IMG/VR virus record: IMGVR_UViG_3300030616_000016
Coordinates: 70,561 to 134,560 of that record
From: a virus
Direction: 5' to 3' (one strand)
Length of the DNA stretch: 64,000 bases
Each line of letters opens with the position of its first letter. Position 1 is the stretch's first letter. Shown here in pieces: positions 16,904 through 25,121 of the stretch. The notes under the pieces are model-generated. The model searched no databases and was not told where the DNA came from. It saw only the letters and a list, made by a program, of their open reading frames with translations. The position numbers and the translations under genes are program-made.

Positions 16904-18661
16904 TCATGAATGCTTCCAAGCGCTGTATGAGATATCAATTATCTCTGTATCTAATATTTCGTTGGCCACTTGTTGTAAAACAAGTCTTGCAGGTAAGAAA
17001 GGTTTTAGCCTATTAAATGGCAGGCCTAAATTAACCTCAATAATTCCGTTGGAATATTTATATTCAGCTGACTGAATCACATGATAAACCTTAGGAGTTA
17101 CAAGGTTTTTAACTGAATATACTATTTTGTTTATTGTTTCCTTTTTGTTTGACGACATTATAGTATTGATTCTTTTAATTTCATCCAGTATAACACTTGA
17201 ACTTTCAGTGTTTCTTCTTACTGGTGGCAATTCTCTAAATGGTATTATTTCTGCAGGATATTGTCTATCGAATCCTAAGATGGTACTATTTAGAGATTTA
17301 GATACCTTCTTCCAGTTAGATAGGCTAAAGCCTGCAGGTGAACCATAGACTGTATAGAATAGATATACATCTCCGTTCTTAATCTTTCTAGACAGGCTCA
17401 TGATATGATCTTGCCATAACAGTATTGCTTCCATTTTTTGCTGGCTAAGAGGCATGACATAGTTTTCTTCAAAGCTTCTGAATTTGATTACACCTACTAC
17501 CTGAGTGCTAGATATATCAAACTTGGATAGTAGCTTTTTGTAGTCTATATCATTCTCTTCTGCGAATTTGTGTGCTCTTTCGTCACTCTTGCGTACAACT
17601 TCTACATCAATATTATGACCAAGTTCTTCCATAGACCATCGTTCTGACATAACGCCATAGTGTTTGTCAGAATCGACTACGTCGATAATATTGAACGACT
17701 TCTTGGTTTCTGTGATTCTAGCACCCCTGCCAATACACTGCATATACAGAACTTTAGAGGCTGTAGGCCTACCAAGAACTATTGTATCTATATCTGGTAC
17801 ATCTACACCCTCTGTATATATCTCACAGTTTATAAGGGTCTGAATTTTACCTTTGTAAAATGCCTCATTAATTTCTCTTCGTTCTTTTTTGGTATTCTCT
17901 TGAGATATCATTACAGGATTAAACTCTTCGAGTTCTTCAAGTAATGATTTGGCGTGAGTATTATCTACTGCGAATATAAGGGTCTTTCCTAAATATTCTG
18001 CGTCTCTCATGCCTTGTAGAATAGCCTTATTTCTTGCTTCGCTATTGACTTGCTTTAATGATTCTCTGGTAAATCTACCATTGACTTTCTTTAAGTCTAG
18101 TTTAATGCCAGTTCTTACTATATTGTATGAAGGTTTTGCGAGCCAGCCTTTTTCAACCATGTCATAGAATGTGCGTTGATAAGAAATAGAATCGAATCCT
18201 AGGTCTTTACCGTCTAATCTGGTTGGAGTTGCTGTAAGTCCTAGGATACGATTCCATTTAATTCTTTGAATTATGCCATCATCTCCTGATATGCTTGGCA
18301 TAGGGAAATGATGTGCTTCGTCACATACTATAGTATCGACTTCAGGAAGTTCATTATGTAATTCTGATGTAGATAGTATACTGGCGATTATGATATCTCC
18401 GCCAGCATCTTTCTCATCGGCATTCCATATTGTCACTTTAGAACCAAGAGACTCGAATGCACCATAGGCTTGAGATATTAGCTCATTTCTGTGTGCAAGC
18501 CAAAGAGTTTTTCTCTTCTTTGCATGAATCCAAGATGCCGCTGTAAATGTCTTACCTGTTCCAGTTGGAAGACATAACAGTGATTTCTTTCCAGGCTTGA
18601 GCTTCTTACTCATAGCTTTATGTGCTTCTTTTTGATAATCTCTTAGTTGTTTCTTAGCCAA
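16904..18661 (-). CDS. SF2 DEAD/DEAH-box helicase (type III restriction Res-like core) with C-terminal extension
   Basis: LPTGTGKTFTAA (motif I), CDEAHH (II), GLTATP (III), TEGVDVPDIDTIVLGRPTASKVLYMQCIGRGAR (V/VI). Confidence 0.85.
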   Translation of the reverse strand: MAKKQLRDYQKEAHKAMSKKLKPGKKSLLCLPTGTGKTFTAASWIHAKKRKTLWLAHRNELISQAYGAFESLGSKVTIWNADEKDAGGDIIIASILSTSELHNELPEVDTIVCDEAHHFPMPSISGDDGIIQRIKWNRILGLTATPTRLDGKDLGFDSISYQRTFYDMVEKGWLAKPSYNIVRTGIKLDLKKVNGRFTRESLKQVNSEARNKAILQGMRDAEYLGKTLIFAVDNTHAKSLLEELEEFNPVMISQENTKKERREINEAFYKGKIQTLINCEIYTEGVDVPDIDTIVLGRPTASKVLYMQCIGRGARITETKKSFNIIDVVDSDKHYGVMSERWSMEELGHNIDVEVVRKSDERAHKFAEENDIDYKKLLSKFDISSTQVVGVIKFRSFEENYVMPLSQQKMEAILLWQDHIMSLSRKIKNGDVYLFYTVYGSPAGFSLSNWKKVSKSLNSTILGFDRQYPAEIIPFRELPPVRRNTESSSVILDEIKRINTIMSSNKKETINKIVYSVKNLVTPKVYHVIQSAEYKYSNGIIEVNLGLPFNRLKPFLPARLVLQQVANEILDTEIIDISYSAWKHS

Positions 18662-18662
18662 G

Positions 18663-18932
18663 CTATGCTCCCTGTATTATCTGTCGTACAGTGAGACAAC
18701 ATGCCTTTCTGAAAGATATTTTACCATGTTTATTGACAACTTCACTAAACGCAGGCCTAAAAATCTTGTCTCGAAAGTGGACTGCTGCCTCAATACTATC
18801 AAATGGAACCGGTATCATAGTAACTACAGGCTCATTGATAATAATGTAGTTTTGACCTTCTTCCTCAATAATACAACTGGATATACTAGTGTTACCAGTG
18901 ATTATTATATTATCCTGATCGTTCTTTGGCAT
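18663..18932 (-). CDS. Hypothetical protein
   Basis: GGAGG RBS before MPKNDQDN at 18932. The track ORF is longer. Confidence 0.45.
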   Translation of the reverse strand: MPKNDQDNIIITGNTSISSCIIEEEGQNYIIINEPVVTMIPVPFDSIEAAVHFRDKIFRPAFSEVVNKHGKISFRKACCLTVRQIIQGA

Positions 18933-19251
18933 AAGGATCCTCCGGGTCGACTGCCAGGCTGAATCTTGGTCTGTTGCCGCTCTGGTCTCTGTTTTCAAAC
19001 AAGGCAATCTTAATTTGTTTGTTGTCTCTCAAAGCACCGTCAACGATGTCTTTGATTTTGTCATCGGACTCAGGGTCTTTACCAAAAAGTTCAAGTACAC
19101 CACTGTGAACTGTATCACTTCTTGTTGTCCATAATGCTCCTACAAAGAGCTTATCGCTACCCTTCTGATATCCTCTGCCACGACCTCGGTCGTCATTTCT
19201 TCCTCTGTCGTCTCTTCTCGAACTACTATTGTTTCCGCGCCAGCTCATATT
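18910..19251 (-). CDS. RG/RGG-rich small protein (possible nucleic-acid binder)
   Basis: AGGAGG RBS before MSWRGNNSSSRRDDRGRNDDRGRGRGYQKG. Confidence 0.5.
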   Translation of the reverse strand, partial: NMSWRGNNSSSRRDDRGRNDDRGRGRGYQKGSDKLFVGALWTTRSDTVHSGVLELFGKDPESDDKIKDIVDGALRDNKQIKIALFENRDQSGNRPRFSLAVDPEDPYAKERSG

Positions 19252-19568
19252 TATCCTCCTATGGTATAAAGTATAGCTGTGTCCCAGTTTGCTCCGCATA
19301 CTTTACATTTGTATCCGGATGTATATAAAGGTTTTAATATAGTTGTAGAACATGTTGCACATTTATATATTCTATTGTGACTCATATTGCCAACAGCATC
19401 TTCTTTATTTCTTCTATCCAGCTCTTCCATTACATAATTATCAAGAGGAGCACGAAGGGGAGTATTATCTAGCCATACTAAATATGCTGTTGGTATTTGA
19501 GCTAAAAACGTGCCTTTATGCTTTCCAAAGGGTATTCTAAAGTTCTGAGCAGACATATTTGTCACCAT
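19251..19568 (-). CDS. DUF3820-like protein
   Basis: FGKHKGTFLAQIPTAYLVWL is the characteristic FGKHKG...P..YL.WL motif. C-terminal CxxC pairs. Confidence 0.55.
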   Translation of the reverse strand: MVTNMSAQNFRIPFGKHKGTFLAQIPTAYLVWLDNTPLRAPLDNYVMEELDRRNKEDAVGNMSHNRIYKCATCSTTILKPLYTSGYKCKVCGANWDTAILYTIGG

Positions 19569-20196
19569 TCAAGTAATCGTCTATTTTGTTTGCTTCTAGC
19601 TCAATGCCTGGTAGAAATGATGCTTGTTTTCTACTGGCAATAAAGTCCGCTAGCTGCACAATTTTTACTTCAATATCATCACATTTTACTGCGAGATCGG
19701 CTTCAATTTTTGGTTTAGAAAATCTATACATATGGAATCTGACACACCGTGCTAGCATCATTTCAGTTACTTGAAATGAATACGTGTCTCTAAAGCTCAT
19801 AATATATTCAAAACCTAGGATGCCATGCCGATAATCTGTTTTATCTTTCCACCTATGTCCATTCTTTCTTATGTCATGTACAATAGCTGCACCGACTACT
19901 GCATCTTTCATATCTCCTGGTATGTCAAAGTATGTGGCGAGCTGTCCTGCTATATACATAACTTTGATAGTATGTCTAAGCAAGCCATGCTCTCCATTAT
20001 CTTCTGGTGGATGATATTTACCACTAGATGATGCAGCGGCATAGAAGAATTGTTCATCTGCTTCTTTCAGTGCACTTGATACTAGATTTCTTATATTTTT
20101 GTCTTTTATATTGAGTACAATACGGTTAATGAAATTGTCAATGTTCATATATTCTTCTTTCTTATTTTGATGCCCACCTATCTCTATATTTAGCAA
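19537..20196 (-). CDS. HD-domain phosphohydrolase
   Basis: LLRHTIKV...AAIVHDIRK...D gives an H...HD...D arrangement. Confidence 0.65.
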   Translation of the reverse strand: MLNIEIGGHQNKKEEYMNIDNFINRIVLNIKDKNIRNLVSSALKEADEQFFYAAASSSGKYHPPEDNGEHGLLRHTIKVMYIAGQLATYFDIPGDMKDAVVGAAIVHDIRKNGHRWKDKTDYRHGILGFEYIMSFRDTYSFQVTEMMLARCVRFHMYRFSKPKIEADLAVKCDDIEVKIVQLADFIASRKQASFLPGIELEANKIDDYLNGDKYVCSEL

Positions 20197-20386
20197 AAGT
20201 GTTGTGCATTGCTTTATTCATTTCCTCTATTTTATGAGGCATGTCACACAATTCATGAACAATCTTATTGTTAAAAGATTTGCCACGGAATAGCTGTAGA
20301 GTTGCTCTGATAAATATGGTTATTATTACCCATATAATATATAGGTATAAGAACAATTTGTCAAGCAATAATAATTTATTTGTCAT
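20162..20386 (-). CDS. Small membrane protein
   Basis: One hydrophobic helix: LFLYLYIIWVIITIFI. Confidence 0.4.
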   Translation of the reverse strand: MTNKLLLLDKLFLYLYIIWVIITIFIRATLQLFRGKSFNNKIVHELCDMPHKIEEMNKAMHNTFAKYRDRWASK

Positions 20387-20536
20387 CTAGTTTATTCTCA
20401 AAAGAGAAAGAAAAGCTATTATCTTTGGCGCTTGCCATATAGAGTTCCCACTAAATATGAGACAAGCTGTAAATGATATACTCCTTAGTAGGTGTAGTTA
20501 TTTACTTAGATAATAGCTTTTCATAGTAATGACAGA

Positions 20537-20851
20537 CTATGTAGCACCAAGATCCCATGGTTCTTTTGGTGGTTCAGTCGCGTCTCCGTTAGTTACAGCT
20601 TGTAATGTTTGCTCCACATTGTGTTTAAATCTCATTGCAAACTGACTAGGCTTAAGGCTTGTAATACCGCAAACCTTAGTTAACGCCTCCTTATAAACAT
20701 TATAAATATTATCTCTTTCCTCAGAGCTAAGTATTTTGCCTTGTAATAGCGTCAGGCAGCTTACTATTTCAACCATACGTTTTAAATCTTCTTTGTCTAC
20801 ATAGTAATTACCTTCTAAGCTCTGCTTGTTCATAATACAGTTCCATAGCAA
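20537..20851 (-). CDS. Hypothetical protein
   Basis: Co-directional ORF downstream of a sigma-70-like promoter. Confidence 0.5.
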   Translation of the reverse strand: MLWNCIMNKQSLEGNYYVDKEDLKRMVEIVSCLTLLQGKILSSEERDNIYNVYKEALTKVCGITSLKPSQFAMRFKHNVEQTLQAVTNGDATEPPKEPWDLGAT

Positions 20852-20904
20852 CTGGTTTTGATTTATATCCCATACTCCTTTAAAGAGTGTAAGATAAAAC
20901 TTTT

Positions 20905-20932
20905 ATTATATCATAAATGTGTGTAATATCAA
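20905..20932 (-). promoter_or_regulatory. Sigma-70-like promoter TTGATA-N16-TATAAT
   Basis: The minus strand reads TTGATAttacacacatttatgaTATAAT, about 50 nt upstream of gene 20537-20851. Confidence 0.5.
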
Positions 20933-20948
20933 CCTTTATGTTTCAAAA

Positions 20949-21001
20949 AACGGGTACTTACTCTACTTCGATTAAAAAAAGAAACGGGTACTTACTCTAC
21001 T
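20949..21001. repeat. Two identical 19-bp direct repeats (operator-like)
   Basis: aacgggtacttactctact at 20949-20967 and 20983-21001. Each copy is flanked by A-runs. Both lie just upstream of the promoter above. Confidence 0.7.
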
Positions 21002-21036
21002 GATAAAAAAGAACTTATGCACACAAAAAACAAGAT

Positions 21037-21195
21037 TCACTTCTTTTCGTCACCACAAATAGTACATCTGTGACCTGAGGATGTTTTGTTGTGGACGCGC
21101 TGAAACTTTCCGTATCTCTTGTCCTGAAAGATAGCGCCGGCTTTATTCATCTTGCCGTTTGCAATATGACCTTCACAAGTACAAGTTTTTATCAT
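21037..21195 (-). CDS. Small zinc-ribbon protein (52 aa), not in ORF track
   Basis: Hand translation: MIKTCTCEGHIANGKMNKAGAIFQDKRYGKFQRVHNKTSSGHRCTICGDEKK. Confidence 0.45.
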   Translation of the reverse strand: MIKTCTCEGHIANGKMNKAGAIFQDKRYGKFQRVHNKTSSGHRCTICGDEKK

Positions 21196-21221
21196 GATGT
21201 GCTCCAAATTGGTAAAAGATA

Positions 21222-21273
21222 GAGACCATCTAAAGTAATATTCTATTCAAAGAGTATTAAAGTAGATGGTCTC
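21222..21273 (-). terminator. Hairpin terminator after gene 21459-21845
   Basis: gagaccatcta...tagatggtctc forms an 11-bp stem with an inner taata/tatta pairing. On the minus strand it is followed by TATCTTTT. Confidence 0.5.
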
Positions 21274-21458
21274 ATGATTTGATGCGATGGAAATTAATTC
21301 CAATCTCATCAATGAATGAAAGATAGCCCAGAGCGATTAACGCTATTTTCGTGCTATCAATTCATATATAATATTATCTGAAATTAATATTAGTGCATAG
21401 TCGCTTCTCCGTCAGAATTTAGATTTCTGGAATTGTTATTCTTGAATGTTATTTGAAA

Positions 21459-21845
21459 TTATCTGGTGTCAATTTTGCTACTCTCTCCTGTTTCTATGCA
21501 ATAATGGACTGTTGTTTCATGACCTGTCATTACTATCATATGATTTCCGCACATATTTATTACATTAGTACTTTCTAAATCATATACATTAAATACCTTT
21601 TGCAGTTCTTTGTCTTTGAATATGAAGACAAGATCCATATCGAACGCACTAAACTGTGTGTTAGTATCTGATACATTTATTATGTAGTCGAAATCTATCT
21701 TTTTATTGATGGATTCTTCAAGATATTCTTGATAATTTTCATCAATATCCTGAGGGTCTTCTACTCCATATACTTCTGATATTTCTTCTTCTGTCAAGAC
21801 TTCCTTGATTGTTTTGCCTTCGATTTCATCAATGTTTCTATACAT
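21459..21845 (-). CDS. Hypothetical acidic protein
   Basis: The likely start MYRNIDEIEG at 21845 follows AAAGGA. The longer track ORF (to 21872) takes its ATG from the IS right end. Confidence 0.5.
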   Translation of the reverse strand: MYRNIDEIEGKTIKEVLTEEEISEVYGVEDPQDIDENYQEYLEESINKKIDFDYIINVSDTNTQFSAFDMDLVFIFKDKELQKVFNVYDLESTNVINMCGNHMIVMTGHETTVHYCIETGESSKIDTR

Positions 21846-21865
21846 TGAATTTCCTTTCTGAGAGA

Positions 21866-23164
21866 GTGACATTACCCCACGCCTAAAGGCGGGGGCTTCC
21901 TAATTCATCGAAAATTGCGTTCCATACTGGCTACGTCTTACATCTTCTCCAAAGGCTTTAGGTTCCCCTTGCCCAGGGGTACAAAATGCAAAATTCAAAA
22001 TATTACTAGATGCAAGGGCATCTCTATCGTGTTTGGCACCACAAGTGCAAGTCCAATATCTGTCACTTAGCTTAAGATTATTATTTATAGCGCCGCACTG
22101 GTTACACATCTTGCTGGATGGTTCAAATCTTCCTATAGTCAAAACATGCTTTCCATACCAACCTGCCTTATACTCAAGAAAGGTACGAAAAGTATACCAT
22201 CCAACATCAGAGATAGCCTTGGCCAAACAATGATTCTTCACCATTCCAGAAACGTTTAAATCCTCAAGACACACTGCTTGGTTCTCGTCAATGAGCCTTT
22301 TGGACAATTTATGCAAAAAATCTTTACGTTGATTAGAAATCTTCTCATGTATCAACGCTACCTTCCTACGAGCCTTGTTTCTATTTGAAGAACCTTTCTT
22401 CTTCTTTGATAATTGTTTTTGCTTTCTTGCCAATCTTCTTTCAAGTTTCTTTAGGTATCTTGGATTATCTATTTTCTCGCCTGTTGATAGTGTTGCAAAA
22501 TGTTTTAATCCAACGTCAACACCTACACTATTATCTCGTTCAGGATTACATTTGATAGGTAATTCTTCTCCATTGTCAACCAAAATAGAAGCAAAGTATT
22601 TCCCAGAAGGAGCCATGAATATAGTTACAGTTTTAATATTGCCTTCAAATTGTCTATGGAATTTGCATTTGATGCCATCACGGAATTTCATTACATATAG
22701 CCTATTATTATCAAAATCCACATTACTTCCTTGTGGAAATTGACAAGATTGCTTTTTGAATTTCTTCTTAAATTGAGGATATCTTGCCTGTTTCTTAAAA
22801 AACCGCCGGAAAGCATTGTCAAGGTTTCTAAAGGCCATTTGCAAAGATTGACTATTAACTTCCTTCAGCCAACCATGCTCAGATTTCATATGTTTCAATT
22901 GCTTTATCAAATCAAAACAGGAAGGAGATTTCCCCGTTTTTTGATAAGACTCTGTTTTCTTTTGGAGTCCCAAATTGTATATGAACCGTACACAACCAAA
23001 ATGCTTCACAAGAAGCTCCTGTTGTTTTTTGTTGGGGTATATTTTGTATTTATATGCTCGTATCATTATATTTATAGTATAGCACAGGTTTCTGTAAATG
23101 TCAAGAGAAAAACGCATTCTTATATCCCCATGGCTAAAGCCAGGGGTCTTACGAATGCACCTTG
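21866..23164 (-). mobile_element. IS200/IS605-family element carrying tnpB only (IS1341-like), 1.3 kb
   Basis: The ends are defined by comparison with copies at 33637-33883 and 62734-62781. The left end (LE) starts CAAGGTGCATTCGTAAGACCCCTGGCTTTAGCCATGGGG immediately after TTAT. The right end (RE) finishes CCCCCGCCTTTAGGCGTGGGGTAATGTCAC. Both ends have subterminal imperfect hairpins. No tnpA is present. Confidence 0.8.
21900..23066 (-). CDS. tnpB: TnpB (OrfB) RNA-guided-nuclease-family protein
   Basis: MIRAYKYKIYPNKKQQELL, GVDVGLKHFATLSTGEKIDNP (RuvC-I Asp), VCLEDLNV (RuvC-II Glu), CNQCG...CTCG (zinc finger), HDRDALASSNI (RuvC-III Asp). Confidence 0.9.
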   Translation of the reverse strand: MIRAYKYKIYPNKKQQELLVKHFGCVRFIYNLGLQKKTESYQKTGKSPSCFDLIKQLKHMKSEHGWLKEVNSQSLQMAFRNLDNAFRRFFKKQARYPQFKKKFKKQSCQFPQGSNVDFDNNRLYVMKFRDGIKCKFHRQFEGNIKTVTIFMAPSGKYFASILVDNGEELPIKCNPERDNSVGVDVGLKHFATLSTGEKIDNPRYLKKLERRLARKQKQLSKKKKGSSNRNKARRKVALIHEKISNQRKDFLHKLSKRLIDENQAVCLEDLNVSGMVKNHCLAKAISDVGWYTFRTFLEYKAGWYGKHVLTIGRFEPSSKMCNQCGAINNNLKLSDRYWTCTCGAKHDRDALASSNILNFAFCTPGQGEPKAFGEDVRRSQYGTQFSMN

Positions 23165-23296
23165 ATAAAAGAGCAGGAGGAAGGTATCCTCTTCCCCCTG
23201 CCAGGTTTCATTATCAAAAGCTCCAGCTGCTTTCAATTATCAGTTGAACGCTGGAATTCAATGAAATGTTGCATTTATGTTGTCTACGGCGCTATA

Positions 23297-23411
23297 GCCA
23301 ATTTTTAGATCTAAGTACCTGCGACCTGCCATTAGTCCAAGGACACATAAGGAATAAAATGGAGTGTCCTGAGGGACTTGAACCCTCAACTCAGGCATAG
23401 TTAATATTGGC
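23297..23411 (-). ncRNA. Circularly permuted tRNA-like element (3' half, encoded CCA, 13-nt linker, 5' half)
   Basis: Minus strand: GCCAAT-ATTAACTA-TGCCTG-AGTT-GAGGG-TTCAAGT-CCCTC-AGGACAC-T-CCA-TTTTATTCCTTAT-GTGTCCT-TG-GACT-AATGGCA-GGTC-G-CAGGTA-CTTAGATCTAAAA-ATTGGC. All four cloverleaf stems pair, but only across the permuted order. Confidence 0.4.
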
Positions 23412-23489
23412 GTTCGAGAAGACAACGCAACAAATGCTGAGCTTTCAGGGAATAGTCTGAATTTAGCGTGCTTTCATATTATCACCAGC

Positions 23490-23553
23490 TTTCGCCGCGT
23501 ATGCCAGTTCCGCCATCTTCCCATATAGTGGGAAGAGCAGGGTTCGAACCTGC
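23490..23553 (-). ncRNA. Second tRNA-like module (T-arm, 3' acceptor, 7-nt loop, 5' acceptor, D-arm)
   Basis: Minus strand: GCAGG-TTCGAAC-CCTGC-TCTTCCC-ACTATAT-GGGAAGA-TG-GCGG-AACTGGCAT-ACGC. Canonical U8, A14, G18G19 and A21 are present. No convincing anticodon stem was found. Confidence 0.3.
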
Positions 23554-23608
23554 ACGGTGAAGGAAAGTACTTATTTCAGCTTAACCTTAAGCTTCAGCTT
23601 GCCCTGTA

Positions 23609-24346
23609 TTATCCGAAAATGAAGTTACAGATGTCCTTGCCGATTTCTTTGCGTTCAACAGACGTGTTGTTTGCTTCTTCTCGTGCAAACTTGACTGCTC
23701 TCATAAGAACAGCAATTTTGTCAAGCATTTCTTTCTTACGAGTTGCAGAAATACATGTACTGAGCTTTGTAGTAGTCCAGTAACCGATAATCTCATCGCT
23801 GACTACAAGCTGAGTCTGTGCAGGATGCTTTTCAGTAGCAGCATAAAGAACGATAGGTTTCTCAACCTTACGTGTTTTATGTGTCTGACGCGCGCCTGAT
23901 TTGAACATTCCGGAATCTTCATCACGAGCCCATGTTTCTGCTGGATCCAGTTCAGGAAGTTTCTCGACATATGTTTTAATATCGTTCAGCTGTTTTTCGA
24001 GGTACAGCAAGAATGTGGGAGGGGCGTCTTTTACAATTACTGTGTCGCCAACCTTAATATCTGCTTTTGCAATGGTATTGCCAAAGTCTTTAGTTGCAGT
24101 AACATCAAACAGATCTGCGAGAGATTCCGCTACTTCGTTAATTACATTGTTCAGATTTTCTTGTACCTTTACTGATTCTTCTGGAAAGTTCTCACCTTCT
24201 TCGTCTTTAGGCTCATATACTTTATGAAGGCCATTGAATATTTGTGGTGCATCTGACAAACGATGAGCCTGAGTAATGATAGAATTATGGCGGGATTTTT
24301 CGCCCTTCTCAACTGCAATAATCTGATTAAGTTTAACTTCAGACAT
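23609..24346 (-). CDS. Conserved-looking hypothetical protein
   Basis: 245-aa ORF, visibly more GC-rich than its neighbours. It begins MSEVKLNQIIAVEKGEKSR. No family name recalled with confidence. Confidence 0.6.
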   Translation of the reverse strand: MSEVKLNQIIAVEKGEKSRHNSIITQAHRLSDAPQIFNGLHKVYEPKDEEGENFPEESVKVQENLNNVINEVAESLADLFDVTATKDFGNTIAKADIKVGDTVIVKDAPPTFLLYLEKQLNDIKTYVEKLPELDPAETWARDEDSGMFKSGARQTHKTRKVEKPIVLYAATEKHPAQTQLVVSDEIIGYWTTTKLSTCISATRKKEMLDKIAVLMRAVKFAREEANNTSVERKEIGKDICNFIFG

Positions 24347-24371
24347 TTGTTACCTCCTTCTGTAAGATTTA

Positions 24372-25121
24372 TTATTCAATTATTTCTTTTATTTCTTTTA
24401 TGATACTTTCTTTTGATTTAATTTTTGGTTTTGACTCATGCAATATATTATTAGTACTTTCTTGTATCATATAATCTTCAACTTGGATAGATTTTAATGT
24501 GTCTTTATACAAGTCATCGATTGTTATATCTGAAATATCATTTACACTATCAGAATATGTTGATATCATGTTATTAAATTTTGATTTAAGCTCTACTTGT
24601 TTAGACTTTGCCCTCAGAGAAATGAGCTTAGAATCATATTCATTACATTTCTTTTCATATTCTTTTATCTTATTTTCCCAGCTAATCAGAATTTTTCTTA
24701 AAGAGCTTAGTGTTTCTTTTTTAAGCTTAACTTCTTCTTTCATTTTCTTTAGAACAAGTGACCTAGAATGAATCGTTTCTAGTTCTTTTAGGTTTCGCTC
24801 TACATTTGATTCTTTTAGATTTTTCTTTATGTTACTTGTAACTTCTTGTATATTTTGTTCAAGTCCATAAACTTCTTCTTCCAGAAACTTTATATCTATT
24901 TTTAACTCTATTGCCTGTGATTTACTTACTTTCAAATTACTTTTCAGGTCATCTATAACGACCTCGATTCTATCAATTTTTACATCTGTAGGAATTGATT
25001 TTTCTATCTTCTTAACAGTAGTTTTCTGTGCTGTTTTGACATAGCTTTTAACTCTGCTGTATCCAATAAATACGATTGCTAATATTGTTATTATGGCTAC
25101 GACAACAAGTTTTTTAATCAT
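24372..25121 (-). CDS. Single-pass membrane protein with long coiled coil
   Basis: N-terminal helix LVVVAIITILAIVFIGY followed by a Lys/Glu-rich heptad-like sequence. Confidence 0.55.
   Translation of the reverse strand: MIKKLVVVAIITILAIVFIGYSRVKSYVKTAQKTTVKKIEKSIPTDVKIDRIEVVIDDLKSNLKVSKSQAIELKIDIKFLEEEVYGLEQNIQEVTSNIKKNLKESNVERNLKELETIHSRSLVLKKMKEEVKLKKETLSSLRKILISWENKIKEYEKKCNEYDSKLISLRAKSKQVELKSKFNNMISTYSDSVNDISDITIDDLYKDTLKSIQVEDYMIQESTNNILHESKPKIKSKESIIKEIKEIIE

Noticed and set aside
21846-21872. The longer N-terminus (MSLSQKGNS) for gene 21459.
   Set aside because: The ATG and first two codons are part of the IS right end (…GTAATGTCAC), so they arrived with the insertion. An internal ATG at 21845 with an AAAGGA RBS is the more likely native start.
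23297-23553. A two-piece (permuted) tmRNA, or attP-style partial tRNA copies.
   Set aside because: tmRNA: both acceptor stems have G3:C70 rather than the G:U Ala identity pair. A true D-stem is present, and I could not find a convincing tag reading frame. attP: this would explain a tRNA 3' fragment but not the immediately following complementary 5' acceptor strand plus D-arm. Neither is rigorously excluded.
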